A stretch of DNA of 64,000 bases from Candidatus Multivoradales bacterium (GTDB taxonomy: Bacteria > Acidobacteriota > Thermoanaerobaculia > Multivoradales > J023). A program made the position numbers and the translations under genes. A model generated the notes under the pieces. That model searched no databases. It saw only the letters and a program-made list of their open reading frames with translations, and was not told the DNA's origin. How positions within the stretch are numbered: the stretch's first letter is position 1; each line of letters begins with the position of its first letter. The DNA lies in NCBI GenBank assembly GCA_965248925.1, contig CBDFLE010000006.1, forward strand, positions 2,656,001 through 2,720,000, written 5' to 3'. Positions 52,761-62,497 of this stretch are shown here, piece by piece.

Positions 52761-53417
52761 ATGCTTTTCTTTCTCGATACCGCAGATCTACAACAAATCG
52801 AAACCGGCCTGGCCTGGGGCATGGTCGATGGCATCACCACCAATCCGAGCTTGATCGCCAAGATGGGCAAGCCCTACTTGCCAACGGTGCAGGCTATCGC
52901 CCAGCTAGTGCCGGGTCCGGTCAGCGGCGAAGTGCTGGCTACGGATCACGATGGCATGGTGGCCGAAGGCCGAAAATTAGCGGCGTTGGCCGGCAACGTG
53001 GTGGTCAAGGTGCCGCTTGGGGTCGATGGCCTGCGCGCCGTGCGCTCCCTGGCCGCCGACGGCATCAAGACCAACGTCACCCTCTGCTTTTCTTCCGCCC
53101 AAGCGTTGTTGGCCGCCAAAGCGGGGGCGACATACATCTCGCCCTTTGTTGGCCGGCTTGATGATGTTGGCCAGGATGGGATGGCGTTGATCGAAGAGAT
53201 CGTCACCATCTACGAGAACTACGATTACGAGACCCAGGTGTTGGTGGCTTCTGTGCGCCATCCAATGCATGTTGTGCAAGCGGCGCAGATCGGCGCCGAG
53301 GTAGCGACCATCCCATTCAGCATTCTCACCAAGCTCTACCGACACCCGCTCACCGACCGCGGTCTCGAGGGTTTTCTCGCCGACTGGAAGAAGACCGGCA
53401 AGAGCTTCGACGATTGA
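52761..53417 (+). CDS. tal: Transaldolase / FSA family
   Basis: [37 protein letters not shown]. Confidence 0.9.
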   Translation: MLFFLDTADLQQIETGLAWGMVDGITTNPSLIAKMGKPYLPTVQAIAQLVPGPVSGEVLATDHDGMVAEGRKLAALAGNVVVKVPLGVDGLRAVRSLAADGIKTNVTLCFSSAQALLAAKAGATYISPFVGRLDDVGQDGMALIEEIVTIYENYDYETQVLVASVRHPMHVVQAAQIGAEVATIPFSILTKLYRHPLTDRGLEGFLADWKKTGKSFDD

Positions 53418-53986
53418 ACTCTGAGCGTTCCGACGAGCCGGCCCAGCCAGGTTTCTATCGTCTAGCTTGGGGCTTTTACCTGTTGCTCGCCCTGGGCGGA
53501 GTGGTTTGGCTGGGCACCACTCAAGGGAGTATTCAGGCGCCGGTTTTTATCGACTCCGACCACTGGTGGCAAGATCTGCTGCTTGGCCTAGCTGCCGCCT
53601 CGGTCTTGCTGCTCAGCTGGCGGGTGGCGCAGTTGTTCCTCACTCCGGTCCAAGAACTCGAGCGACAACTCGGCAAAATGCTGAGCGGAATTGCTCCTAA
53701 CGACGTCTTACCCCTAGCCCTACTCTCTGGCTTTGCCGAGGAGTTCTTCTTTCGTGGCGCCATGCAGATGGCCTGGGGATGGCCTTGGACAACGGCCATT
53801 TTCGCCCTGCTGCATACCGGCAGGCAGCGCATCTTTCTACTGTGGACTGCTTTTGCCGCCCTTGCCGGCCTACTTTTTGCCTTGCTGACGGAGTGGCGCG
53901 GCAATCTGCTTCCAGCGATACTCGCCCATGTGCTGGTCAATGCCATCAACTTGCGTCGAGTGCTGCGCCAGGCATCCCTCGACTGA
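53414..53986 (+). CDS. CPBP family intramembrane metalloprotease
   Basis: EEFFFRG, FALLH, AH..VN; multi-TM. Confidence 0.87.
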   Translation: MNSERSDEPAQPGFYRLAWGFYLLLALGGVVWLGTTQGSIQAPVFIDSDHWWQDLLLGLAAASVLLLSWRVAQLFLTPVQELERQLGKMLSGIAPNDVLPLALLSGFAEEFFFRGAMQMAWGWPWTTAIFALLHTGRQRIFLLWTAFAALAGLLFALLTEWRGNLLPAILAHVLVNAINLRRVLRQASLD

Positions 53987-54032
53987 GCCAAGCGCTCGGA
54001 GTCTGCGGGTCTTGCCCCCAACCGCAGGCATG

Positions 54033-54158
54033 GTTAGACTGCCAAATCGCTGTGGCTGTTCAAGTTGCTATGACTTTTCAAGCCACCAGGATTTTCCAGG
54101 TCGTTGTTGTTTTCCAAGTCACGGTTGTTTTCCAAGTCTCTGTTGTTTCTAGACTTGT
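54033..54158. repeat. Degenerate 18-bp tandem array (~7 units)
   Basis: Units such as TGTTGTTTTCCAAGTCAC, GGTTGTTTTCCAAGTCTC, CAGGATTTTCCAGGTCGT, TATGACTTTTCAAGCCAC. Confidence 0.8.
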
Positions 54159-54181
54159 TCAAATCTAAGGAGTGTTGCTTG

Positions 54182-55564
54182 ATGTCGATCAGTAGCCAAG
54201 ATGTGATGGACCGCATCGCTCGCGAGGAGTCTACCTATCTGGAAGAGCTCAAGGAATATCTCCGGATTCCCTCGATCTCGACCGATCCGGAGTATCGCGG
54301 AGAGGTCTTGCGCTGTGCTGATTGGGTGCTCCAGAAGATGTACGCGGCGGGCCTTGAAGCGCGTTTGATCAAAACCGCGGGTTACCCGTTGGTCTATGGT
54401 GAGTGGCTCGGCGCACCGGGTAAGCCAACGCTGCTGTTCTACGGCCACTACGATGTGCAGCCCCCCGATCCGCTGGAACTCTGGCGCAATCCGCCGTTCG
54501 AGCCGACCATAGAAGGCGATATTCTGGTGGCCCGTGGTGCCACCGACGACAAGGGTCAGTCTTTCGCTCACCTGAAGGCGGTCGCCGCCATCCTGGCCGA
54601 GCGCGGCTCGTTGCCGATCAATGTCAAATTCCTCATTGAGGGAGAAGAAGAGTCCGGTGGCGAAGCGATCGAGAGTTTTGTCGTCGAGGACGCAGGCAAA
54701 CTGCTGGCCTGTGACGCGGTCTACGTTTCAGACTCTTCGATGTACGCGCCTGGTCAGCCGTCGTTGGTCTACGGCCTCAAGGGCATGGCCTACGTCGAGC
54801 TCAAGGTCACCGGTCCCAACCGCGACTTGCACTCCGGCAGTTTCGGCGGTGCGGTGACCAACCCGCTCAATGCCTTGGGCGAGATCGTCGCCAAGCTGCG
54901 CGATCCACAGACTGGCAAGATCTTGATCCCCGGCTTCTACGACAAGGTGCGGCCGATCGCCGATTGGGAGCGCAAAGAATTCGCCAAGCTGCCCTTCGAT
55001 GCCGAAGCCTACCGCCAAGAGATCGGTGTCACTGAGCTGTTTGGCGAAGAGGGCTTTACTACTCTGGAGCGCACCTGGGCTCGCCCGACCTGTGATCTCA
55101 ACGGTATCTTCGGCGGCTACATGCAAGAAGGCGCCAAGACCATCTTGCCCTCGTGGGGCGGCGCCAAGGTATCGATGCGCCTGGTGCCGGATCAGGAAGC
55201 AGCCGAGATTTCGCGTCTGTTCGAAGACTACGTGCGCCAAATCGCACCACCGGGAGTCGTTGTCGAAGTCACCACCCACCATGGCGGCGACCCAGTGCTG
55301 GTCGATACCGACGGGCCGATTGTCGACGCTGCCTTGGCGGCGATGGAGGATATCTGGCAACGACCCCTGCGGGTGCGAGAAGGTGGATCGATACCGATCG
55401 TAACCACCTTCTCGCAGGTCTTGGGAGTGCCTATCCTCCTGCTCGGCTTCGGACTCTCCGACGATCGCCTGCATTCGCCCAATGAGAAATTTAATCTGAG
55501 CAACTTCTACGGTGGTATTCGCGCCATCGTCCGCACCCTGGATCGCCTGGGCGCCGCCAGCTGA
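54182..55564 (+). CDS. M20 family dipeptidase
   Basis: YGHYDVQP, RGATDDKGQ, EGEEE, DLHSG, GGSIP, HSPNE; RBS AAGGAG. Confidence 0.92.
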   Translation: MSISSQDVMDRIAREESTYLEELKEYLRIPSISTDPEYRGEVLRCADWVLQKMYAAGLEARLIKTAGYPLVYGEWLGAPGKPTLLFYGHYDVQPPDPLELWRNPPFEPTIEGDILVARGATDDKGQSFAHLKAVAAILAERGSLPINVKFLIEGEEESGGEAIESFVVEDAGKLLACDAVYVSDSSMYAPGQPSLVYGLKGMAYVELKVTGPNRDLHSGSFGGAVTNPLNALGEIVAKLRDPQTGKILIPGFYDKVRPIADWERKEFAKLPFDAEAYRQEIGVTELFGEEGFTTLERTWARPTCDLNGIFGGYMQEGAKTILPSWGGAKVSMRLVPDQEAAEISRLFEDYVRQIAPPGVVVEVTTHHGGDPVLVDTDGPIVDAALAAMEDIWQRPLRVREGGSIPIVTTFSQVLGVPILLLGFGLSDDRLHSPNEKFNLSNFYGGIRAIVRTLDRLGAAS

Positions 55565-55592
55565 TAGAGCATCCCTAGGGAGGATCAATCTC

Positions 55593-56156
55593 ATGAGTTC
55601 CACGGCGCCCGAGAGGGAGCTCAAATTTGCCAACGCTGACCACAGCGGCTTGCGAGAGCGATTGGTCGAGCTAGAAGCGGAGAGTCAGGGCTCGCCAGCG
55701 TTGGAGGATAACTGGGTGCTAGAAAGCAGCGATCGGCCGTTGGCGGAGGGGTATACGCTGCGCTTGCGGGTCGACCGACGAGGTGCTCAACTCACTCTCA
55801 ATGGGCCCGCCTCGTTCGAAGAACGGGTCAAGGTGAGCCAAGAACTGACCACCGGTATTAGCGATGTTGAGCAGACCCTCGCCTTGTTGGCCAAGCTCGG
55901 CTTCGAGCCGGCCCACCGATACCAGAAATATTGCGAAGAATGGCACCTCGGTTCGGTAGTGATCGCCCTCGACCACACGCCCATCGGTGATTTCGCGGAG
56001 TTTGCCGGCGCCGGCTGCGAGAGAGTGGCCAAACGCTGCGGTCTCGATCTGTCGACCGCTGAGCGTCGCAACTACCTTCGCCTCTATCGGGACTACCGCG
56101 CTAACCATCCGCAAGCCCTGCCCGATATGGTTTTCCCGCCAACAACGCGGCCGTGA
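55593..56156 (+). CDS. CYTH-domain (class IV adenylate cyclase-like) protein
   Basis: ERELKF, LRLR, LDHTPIGDFAE, Y..LY; RBS GGGAGG. Confidence 0.82.
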   Translation: MSSTAPERELKFANADHSGLRERLVELEAESQGSPALEDNWVLESSDRPLAEGYTLRLRVDRRGAQLTLNGPASFEERVKVSQELTTGISDVEQTLALLAKLGFEPAHRYQKYCEEWHLGSVVIALDHTPIGDFAEFAGAGCERVAKRCGLDLSTAERRNYLRLYRDYRANHPQALPDMVFPPTTRP

Positions 56157-57205
56157 GCACCGCGTCGGTGGCTACCGCGGCGCCCAAGGCATTGGTGCTG
56201 GCGGCGGGTTTAGGAACCCGTCTCCGACCCCTTACCACTCGCCTGCCGAAACCACTGCTGCCGGTTTGCGGGCAGCCGGTGGCGGCACGAACATTGTCTA
56301 CCCTGGCTCGGGCAGGTTGTCGGGCGGTGGCCCTCAATCTTCACCATCAAGGCGAGTCGATCTGCAACTACTTCGGAGAACACCACGAAGGCATGGCGCT
56401 GACCTACTCCAGGGAACCGACTCTGCTCGGCACCCTCGGCGCGTTGCTGCCGCTGCGAGACTTCTTAGCCGATGCGTCGGCGATTCTGCTGGTAAATGGT
56501 GACGCCCTGTGTCGGTGGCCGTGGAAAGCGCTGCTCAAGCGCCATTTCAGTAGCGGCGCGGACGCCACACTCCTGCTCTCCCGTCACTTGGATGTAGATG
56601 GCTACGGTGGCGGAGTCGGGCGGGCCGCAAATGGCCGCATCGCCCAGCTGCGCGACGGCCAGCCAGTGGCTTCCGTCACCAGCCGTCATGTCTTTACAGG
56701 TGCCCACATCCTGTCACCGCGGCTGTTAGAACACCTGCGACCGGGCTTTGCCGACATCGTCGGTGATCTATACATGCCATTGCTGGCCGCGGGACGACCG
56801 CTCGAGAGCGTCCTCAGCTCTCGCCGTTGGCATGATTTGGGCACCCCGGCACGTTATTTGGCCGGTTGCCTCGACTGGCGCCGAGCTGGGCGGGTGGCCG
56901 CCGGTTGGCGTCGGAGCGGGGTTGCTCCATCGGCCCAGATCGCTGCCGGAGTGCGGCTTCGCCAAACGGTTATCGAAGCGGACTGCGAGATTGGCACTCG
57001 GGTCACGATCGAAGGATCGGTAGTACTCGCCGGTGCTCGTATAGCCGCCGGATCGCGCTTACTAAATTCACTCATCGGGCCGCAGGTGCAGCTGCCGAAG
57101 AGCCGCATCGAAGATCGCATGATCTGTCATCCAGCTGCCCATGAGCCTCTAGATGAAAAAGCAACTCTGCTGGGAGATCTGCTGTACATCCCCCTAGAGC
57201 GCTAG
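56153..57205 (+). CDS. NDP-sugar pyrophosphorylase family nucleotidyltransferase (MurU/MPG-like)
   Basis: LAAGLGTRLRPLT..PKPL, NLHH, LGT.G, NGD, W.DLGTP, hexapeptide C-terminus. Confidence 0.88.
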   Translation: MSTASVATAAPKALVLAAGLGTRLRPLTTRLPKPLLPVCGQPVAARTLSTLARAGCRAVALNLHHQGESICNYFGEHHEGMALTYSREPTLLGTLGALLPLRDFLADASAILLVNGDALCRWPWKALLKRHFSSGADATLLLSRHLDVDGYGGGVGRAANGRIAQLRDGQPVASVTSRHVFTGAHILSPRLLEHLRPGFADIVGDLYMPLLAAGRPLESVLSSRRWHDLGTPARYLAGCLDWRRAGRVAAGWRRSGVAPSAQIAAGVRLRQTVIEADCEIGTRVTIEGSVVLAGARIAAGSRLLNSLIGPQVQLPKSRIEDRMICHPAAHEPLDEKATLLGDLLYIPLER

Positions 57206-57494
57206 GAGGTCGAGGCGGAACTCAGGTAGCCGGGCGAACCAGTCCAAAAGTGGCCAAAAGGGCAGAAGCGTCCCTAAAAAGGGACGTTTCTCGAAGGTCT
57301 CAGATGAGATCTCTTCTGCCGATAAGGTCTATCCTGGGTCAGAAGATGCCGTAGAATGGCGCATCGGAAGTGTTTTAGAAGTTGGTATCCACGTGTCGCA
57401 CGCATCTTGCAAACGGATACCGTGAGGCCTGACAGCTCGGTGGACGCCGCAGCCTCTCGATGCCGTCCTGGCCAGTTTTTTCGATTTCAAGGAG

Positions 57495-58754
57495 ATGAAA
57501 GACATGCAACGAGTCCTCCGCCCATCACTCATTGCCCTGCTGGCAGCGGTGACGGTCAGCAGTGCTGTGCTGGCTCAGGCCGCGGGACGTGTCCAGATCA
57601 ACGCCAAGGACACCACCGGCGCGCCACTCAAAGGGGTCAACGTCATCGTCACTAGCGATGAGATGCCCAAATTCTTTCTTGAGCGACAAACCAACAAGAA
57701 GGGCAAAGTGACCCTGACCTTCGTCGACGCCACCAAGCGCTATAACTTCGAATTCCAGTACGAAGACTACCCCTCGCAAGAAGCGGTCATCAAACCGCAG
57801 ATTGGCGGCGTGGTCGTGCGCGACATTACCCTCAACCGCAATGCCGAGGTCGGTGGTACGTTGACTGACGAAGTGCTCTTTTCGCCGTCCGAGAAGAAAT
57901 TCAACGAGGGTGTCGGCTTCCTGCAAGCCAAGGATTTTGCCAACGCCAAGGGACGCTTCCTCGAAGCCTTGGCGATGGACGCGGACATGTCGGCTGCGCA
58001 CTCGGCCATCGCCGCGGCGCAGATCCAACTCGGTGAGTACGATAGCGCCATTGCGTCGGCCAATCGCTATTTGGAACTCGAAGGTGATAACCCACGAGCC
58101 TACCGCCTGCTCTACGAGGCCTACAACGCCAAGGGCGACAAGGGACAGGCCGATGCTGCGCTGAAGAAACTCTCCAAATTGGACACCGCTGGCGATGCCG
58201 TGGCGCTGATCTACAACGAGGGTGTCGCCGCCTTCAGGGTCGGCGACTACGAAGCCGCCAAGACCAACTTTGAAAAGTCCCTCGAATTCAATCCCGAGCT
58301 ACCGCAGGCCCTATCGGCCTTGGCGCGGATCTATCTAGCGGATAAGAACTACGCCGGTTCGGCGGCGATGGCCGAGCGCCTATTGGCGGTCAATGCTGAT
58401 GATCTCGGCATCATGAAGATCCGCTACGACGCCTATCGCGGAGTCGGCGACGCGGCCAAGGAGAAAGAGGCCTTCGATGCGCTGGCGGCGGCAGATCCGA
58501 AGTTCCTGGCCGCGGATTTGTATAACAAGGGAGCCAAGCTCTTTGACGGTGGCGACGTAGCCGGTGCTCAAGAGGAATTCGAGCGGGTGCTGGAGATCGA
58601 CCCGATGCACCCCAAGGCGCACTACCGGCTAGCGCTTTGCTATGTCAACTCGGACCAAGCCGCCAAGGCCAAGGAGCATTTGCAGAAGTTCATCGAGTTG
58701 GCGCCCGAGGATGCCGAAGCGGCGGTCGCCAAGGACATGCTGGGCTTTCTGTAG
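57495..58754 (+). CDS. Secreted protein: carboxypeptidase-regulatory-like domain plus TPRs
   Basis: Signal peptide, G.PL.GV.V, TNKKG, multiple TPRs (YNEG, YNKG..F). Confidence 0.85.
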   Translation: MKDMQRVLRPSLIALLAAVTVSSAVLAQAAGRVQINAKDTTGAPLKGVNVIVTSDEMPKFFLERQTNKKGKVTLTFVDATKRYNFEFQYEDYPSQEAVIKPQIGGVVVRDITLNRNAEVGGTLTDEVLFSPSEKKFNEGVGFLQAKDFANAKGRFLEALAMDADMSAAHSAIAAAQIQLGEYDSAIASANRYLELEGDNPRAYRLLYEAYNAKGDKGQADAALKKLSKLDTAGDAVALIYNEGVAAFRVGDYEAAKTNFEKSLEFNPELPQALSALARIYLADKNYAGSAAMAERLLAVNADDLGIMKIRYDAYRGVGDAAKEKEAFDALAAADPKFLAADLYNKGAKLFDGGDVAGAQEEFERVLEIDPMHPKAHYRLALCYVNSDQAAKAKEHLQKFIELAPEDAEAAVAKDMLGFL

Positions 58755-58762
58755 GACCTACC

Positions 58763-58790
58763 GGGCGGGGTGCTGACAGCCCCCGCCCCC
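58763..58790 (+). terminator. GC-rich hairpin after TPR gene
   Basis: GGGCGGGG-tgctgacagc-CCCCGCCC followed by pyrimidines. Confidence 0.5.
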
Positions 58791-58821
58791 TTCTCCTGCC
58801 GCAGTTTTTTTCGCTACCTTC

Positions 58822-61296
58822 ATGGACAACGATCTGAGCAGCCGTCCGGTGGTAACGACCAGTTGGCGCCAGCGGCTGCTGCTGATCGGCTTTGGCTTGC
58901 TGGTGTGGGTCGTCTTCGTCTTGCTCGCCGAGGGCACGCTGAAGCAGCTCGGGGTCGGCGACCCCTATCTCCATGACGATCCTTTTGTCGGCTTTGTCGC
59001 TGGCCGCGACCTGTTCGAGTTGCGAGGAGATAGGTACCACACCCATCCCGACAAACTGGCCTTCTTCAACCCCCAGAGCTTCGCCGCCGCCAAACCGGCT
59101 AACAGCTACCGCATCTTCACCCTCGGCGGTTCGACCACCGCCGGCCGGCCGTACGATCACCGAGTCGCCTTTTCGAGTTGGTTGCAGATCTACCTCGAGG
59201 ACGCCGACCCGAGCCATCCCTGGGAAGTGATTAACGCTGGGGCCATTTCCTACGCCAGCTATCGGGTGGCGGTGTTGATGCAGGAACTGCTGCGCTACCA
59301 GCCCGACCTCTTGGTGGTCTACACCGGACACAACGAATTTCTCGAAGAGCGCAGCTATGCCGATATCGCGCATCGCCATCCGTTGCTCAAGAGAGTCCAG
59401 GCCTGGTTGACCGGCTGGCGCAGCTTCACCCTCGCCCGCCAAAGCTGGCTGGAATTCAGCGGCAATGGAAGCGCCGCCAAGCCTGGAAACCGTTTGCCGG
59501 CGGAGGTCAGTGCACGCCTGGACGGTTGGACCGGGGTCGATCAATACCACCGAGACGACCCGCTGCGCGCGGCGGTGCTAGAGCACTTCGAATTCAACCT
59601 GCGACGGATGAGCCGGTTAGCACGGGAGCATGGTGTCCAGCTGATCTTCATCAGGCCGATCGCCAACTTGCGGGACTTCTCACCGTTCAAGTCAGAACAC
59701 GGCAGCGGCGTCTCGGCCACCGACCGCGTCGCATTCCTCGTCCGTCTAGAGCGCGGCAAGACATTGCTCGATCAAGGCCAGCCGGCAGCGGCTGTCGCAT
59801 CACTGGCCGAGGCAGTAGCCATCGACGGCCAGTATGCCGAGGCCCACTATCGTCTCGGCCGAGCGCGACTGGCACTTGGCGAGCACCAGGCAGCCACCGC
59901 CAGCCTGCTGCTGGCCAATGAACTCGACATCGCACCGCTGCGTGCCCTGCAGCAGAGCGACCAGGTCTTGCGCCAGGTGTGTAAGCAAGAGCAAGTAACC
60001 CTGATCGACCTGCGAGCCCTACTCGAGCAAGAAAGTCTCGAGCGCAATGGCAACATCCTGCTCGGCGACGACTACCTCCTCGATCACGTACACCCTGATA
60101 TTCCGGTGCATAGTCAGCTTGCCGAGCTGCTTCTTGACGAGTTCGAACGGCAGCGAGTGCTACGACCGCGCAGCGAGTGGAACGATTCTCGTCGGCAGCA
60201 GCTCTACGCCGAGCATTTGGCGGGCCTGGACACGAGCTATTACGCTCGTCGAGATCTGAATCTGGCTAAGGTCTTAGGTTGGTCGGGCAAGATCGAGGAA
60301 GCGCGTGCGCCGCTCGAACGAGCTGCCGCCGCGTTGCCGGAGGAGCCCGAAGTTCATCTCAATCTCGGCATCGTCTATCAGCGTAGTGGCCAGTTCGAAG
60401 CTGCCGAACAGCGATTGCGGCGGGCGGTGGAACTTGCTCCCGAGATGCCTGAGGTCCATTTCAACCACGGTGTGGTCCTGGGTCGGCGCGGGCGCCTCGA
60501 AGAAGGTATCGCGGCACTGCAAGAAGCGCTCGCCCTTCGACCCGAGTACGGTGCAGCGCATTTCAATCTGGCAGTTCTACTGCGTCAGGCGGGTCGCTTG
60601 ACCGAGGCGGATCAACAGCTGACGCGAGCTCGGCAATTGCATCCCGGAACCACCGAGGTGCTGCGTGAAGCCGCCTTCCTTGCCCGCGACAGCGGCCGCT
60701 TGGAAGAGGCCACGGACTATCTTCGCCAAGTTCTGGCTCAGCGTCCGGCGGATCTCGAGAGCCGCGTGGCGCTGGCGGTGGTGCGGGCTCGCTCCGACGA
60801 TCTCGGGGCAGCCCGGCAGCTGCTCGAAGAAGTGTTGGAGCTGGATCCCCCGCACCTCGAAGCACGCTACAACCTGGCGCTGGTGGCAGCTCGCCAGGGG
60901 CGTGTCGAGGCAGCGACCACGGCTTACGAGGAACTTCTCGAACGAGTTCCCTGGCACGCTGGGGCGCTCAACAATTTGGCGCTGATCCATGCTGGCAAGG
61001 GACGTTCCGCGGCAGCCAAGGAACTCCTCTTGCGGGCCATCGACGCGGCTCCTGAATACGCCGCCGCACATTTCAATCTTGGGGTCGTTTTCGACCAGGC
61101 GGGCCAGCCGCAGGCGGCCATCGAGGCGATTGATCGGGCGTTGGAACTAGAGCCGGAGAATCCGCGCTTCAACCTGGCACGGGGTAGCTACTACTTGGCA
61201 GTGGGCGACTCTCACGGTGCCCGAGTCGCATTTGCCAAAGCTCAGGCCGGAGGCCTCGAAATACCCGCCGCGGCCCGTCGCCGACTGGGTCTATGA
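58822..61296 (+). CDS. SGNH/GDSL hydrolase with TPR insert and TPR tail
   Basis: N-terminal TM; GGSTT, NAG, YTGHNE, DHVHP; many TPRs. Confidence 0.85.
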   Translation: MDNDLSSRPVVTTSWRQRLLLIGFGLLVWVVFVLLAEGTLKQLGVGDPYLHDDPFVGFVAGRDLFELRGDRYHTHPDKLAFFNPQSFAAAKPANSYRIFTLGGSTTAGRPYDHRVAFSSWLQIYLEDADPSHPWEVINAGAISYASYRVAVLMQELLRYQPDLLVVYTGHNEFLEERSYADIAHRHPLLKRVQAWLTGWRSFTLARQSWLEFSGNGSAAKPGNRLPAEVSARLDGWTGVDQYHRDDPLRAAVLEHFEFNLRRMSRLAREHGVQLIFIRPIANLRDFSPFKSEHGSGVSATDRVAFLVRLERGKTLLDQGQPAAAVASLAEAVAIDGQYAEAHYRLGRARLALGEHQAATASLLLANELDIAPLRALQQSDQVLRQVCKQEQVTLIDLRALLEQESLERNGNILLGDDYLLDHVHPDIPVHSQLAELLLDEFERQRVLRPRSEWNDSRRQQLYAEHLAGLDTSYYARRDLNLAKVLGWSGKIEEARAPLERAAAALPEEPEVHLNLGIVYQRSGQFEAAEQRLRRAVELAPEMPEVHFNHGVVLGRRGRLEEGIAALQEALALRPEYGAAHFNLAVLLRQAGRLTEADQQLTRARQLHPGTTEVLREAAFLARDSGRLEEATDYLRQVLAQRPADLESRVALAVVRARSDDLGAARQLLEEVLELDPPHLEARYNLALVAARQGRVEAATTAYEELLERVPWHAGALNNLALIHAGKGRSAAAKELLLRAIDAAPEYAAAHFNLGVVFDQAGQPQAAIEAIDRALELEPENPRFNLARGSYYLAVGDSHGARVAFAKAQAGGLEIPAAARRRLGL

Positions 61297-61312
61297 ACGA
61301 GCCGCCGCGCGG

Positions 61313-62497
61313 TCAGTAGTCGAGGTAGCCGCCGCGGGTGCGCACTCGCAGACCCGCCGCGCGCAAGCGAACAGTGACCTTGTGCCAAGAGCCATCATTG
61401 AGCGCATTGTCAGGGTAGTAGCCGAGAACATACTGCTCACGCAATTCGGCGAGAATCTCGCGAAAAGCAGCTTCAGCTTGGTCGATACTGGCCAGGGTGA
61501 CGATCCTGCCGCCGGTCTCCAGCACGGTGTCGATCAGCATGTCGTACTCAGCCCGATAACGTCTTGGGTTCTTCCACGACGAGAATCGCGACTGGCGACG
61601 TTCGTCGCCGGGGTCAGTGCGGATCCAATAGACCAGCGCGCGACTACGCCGGGCCAGCCAGCGAGCCTCGCGCATGCGCAAGGCGGAATGACTATCGATA
61701 CCGTCGGAGAGCAAGATCACCACCCGCCGTCCCTGCCGGGTCTCTAGTCGTTTGAGCGCCAGGTAGAAGTGGTCATTGAGAGCTGTACCGCCGTCGGCCG
61801 AGACCCCAGCCAAGCCAGCGAAGAGCTGTTCGGGGTCGTTGGAGAAAGGGGTCACATGAAGCAAGCGATCAGAAAAAAGGAAAAGTGCCGCGCTGTCGGA
61901 TTCCTTCATTCCCTTGATGAAGGAGGTGGCGCCGCGCAGGGCGTGCCTGAGCCGCGAGCCAACCATGCTCGCCGAAGCATCTACCAAGATGGCGGCGGTT
62001 AGCCGGACATCACCTCGGGCGAAGGTAATGGTCTGCTGTAGTGCCCCTTTGTCAACGATGGCGAAGTCTTCCTGATGGAGGTTCAGCACCCGACTCGAAC
62101 CTCTGGTGACGGTGATGTAGAGCTGTTGCAAAGACGCATCGACGGCTTCATTGACCGAGAAAGCCGGCGACACCACGAGGGCTTCGGCCATCTCGCCGTT
62201 GGCATCGTAGGCTCGAGCCTCGAAACGATGTTCGAGGTTTTTCTCGCCGACATCCACCCAAGCGCGGAAGGGTGGCTGGTCAAGGTCGGCGACAGTCTTG
62301 CCATCAACCATCAGCTCGACGCGAGCGACTTGGTTGGCGGGATAGACGTCTACAACCAACTCGAGTTCACCGAACTGAGGCTCGCCCGCTGTTGGTTGCG
62401 AAATAAAAATACCGATGGCTTCCTCGCCCGAGACTAGCGATCCGTAGATCAGCCCGATCAGAGCTAGCAGCCACCTGTTCTTAGCGAAAACAGTCAA
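61313..62497 (-). CDS. Exported Ig-like plus VWA-domain protein
   Basis: Signal peptide, Ig-like N-terminus, MIDAS DASASM, GGTAL, LSDG, LREQYVLGY. Confidence 0.87.
   Translation of the reverse strand: MTVFAKNRWLLALIGLIYGSLVSGEEAIGIFISQPTAGEPQFGELELVVDVYPANQVARVELMVDGKTVADLDQPPFRAWVDVGEKNLEHRFEARAYDANGEMAEALVVSPAFSVNEAVDASLQQLYITVTRGSSRVLNLHQEDFAIVDKGALQQTITFARGDVRLTAAILVDASASMVGSRLRHALRGATSFIKGMKESDSAALFLFSDRLLHVTPFSNDPEQLFAGLAGVSADGGTALNDHFYLALKRLETRQGRRVVILLSDGIDSHSALRMREARWLARRSRALVYWIRTDPGDERRQSRFSSWKNPRRYRAEYDMLIDTVLETGGRIVTLASIDQAEAAFREILAELREQYVLGYYPDNALNDGSWHKVTVRLRAAGLRVRTRGGYLDY

Noticed and set aside
57261-57320. Hammerhead ribozyme or c-di-GMP-I riboswitch
   Set aside because: No unpaired CUGANGA/GAAA core and no GGCAAAC...GCAAAGC pattern on either strand
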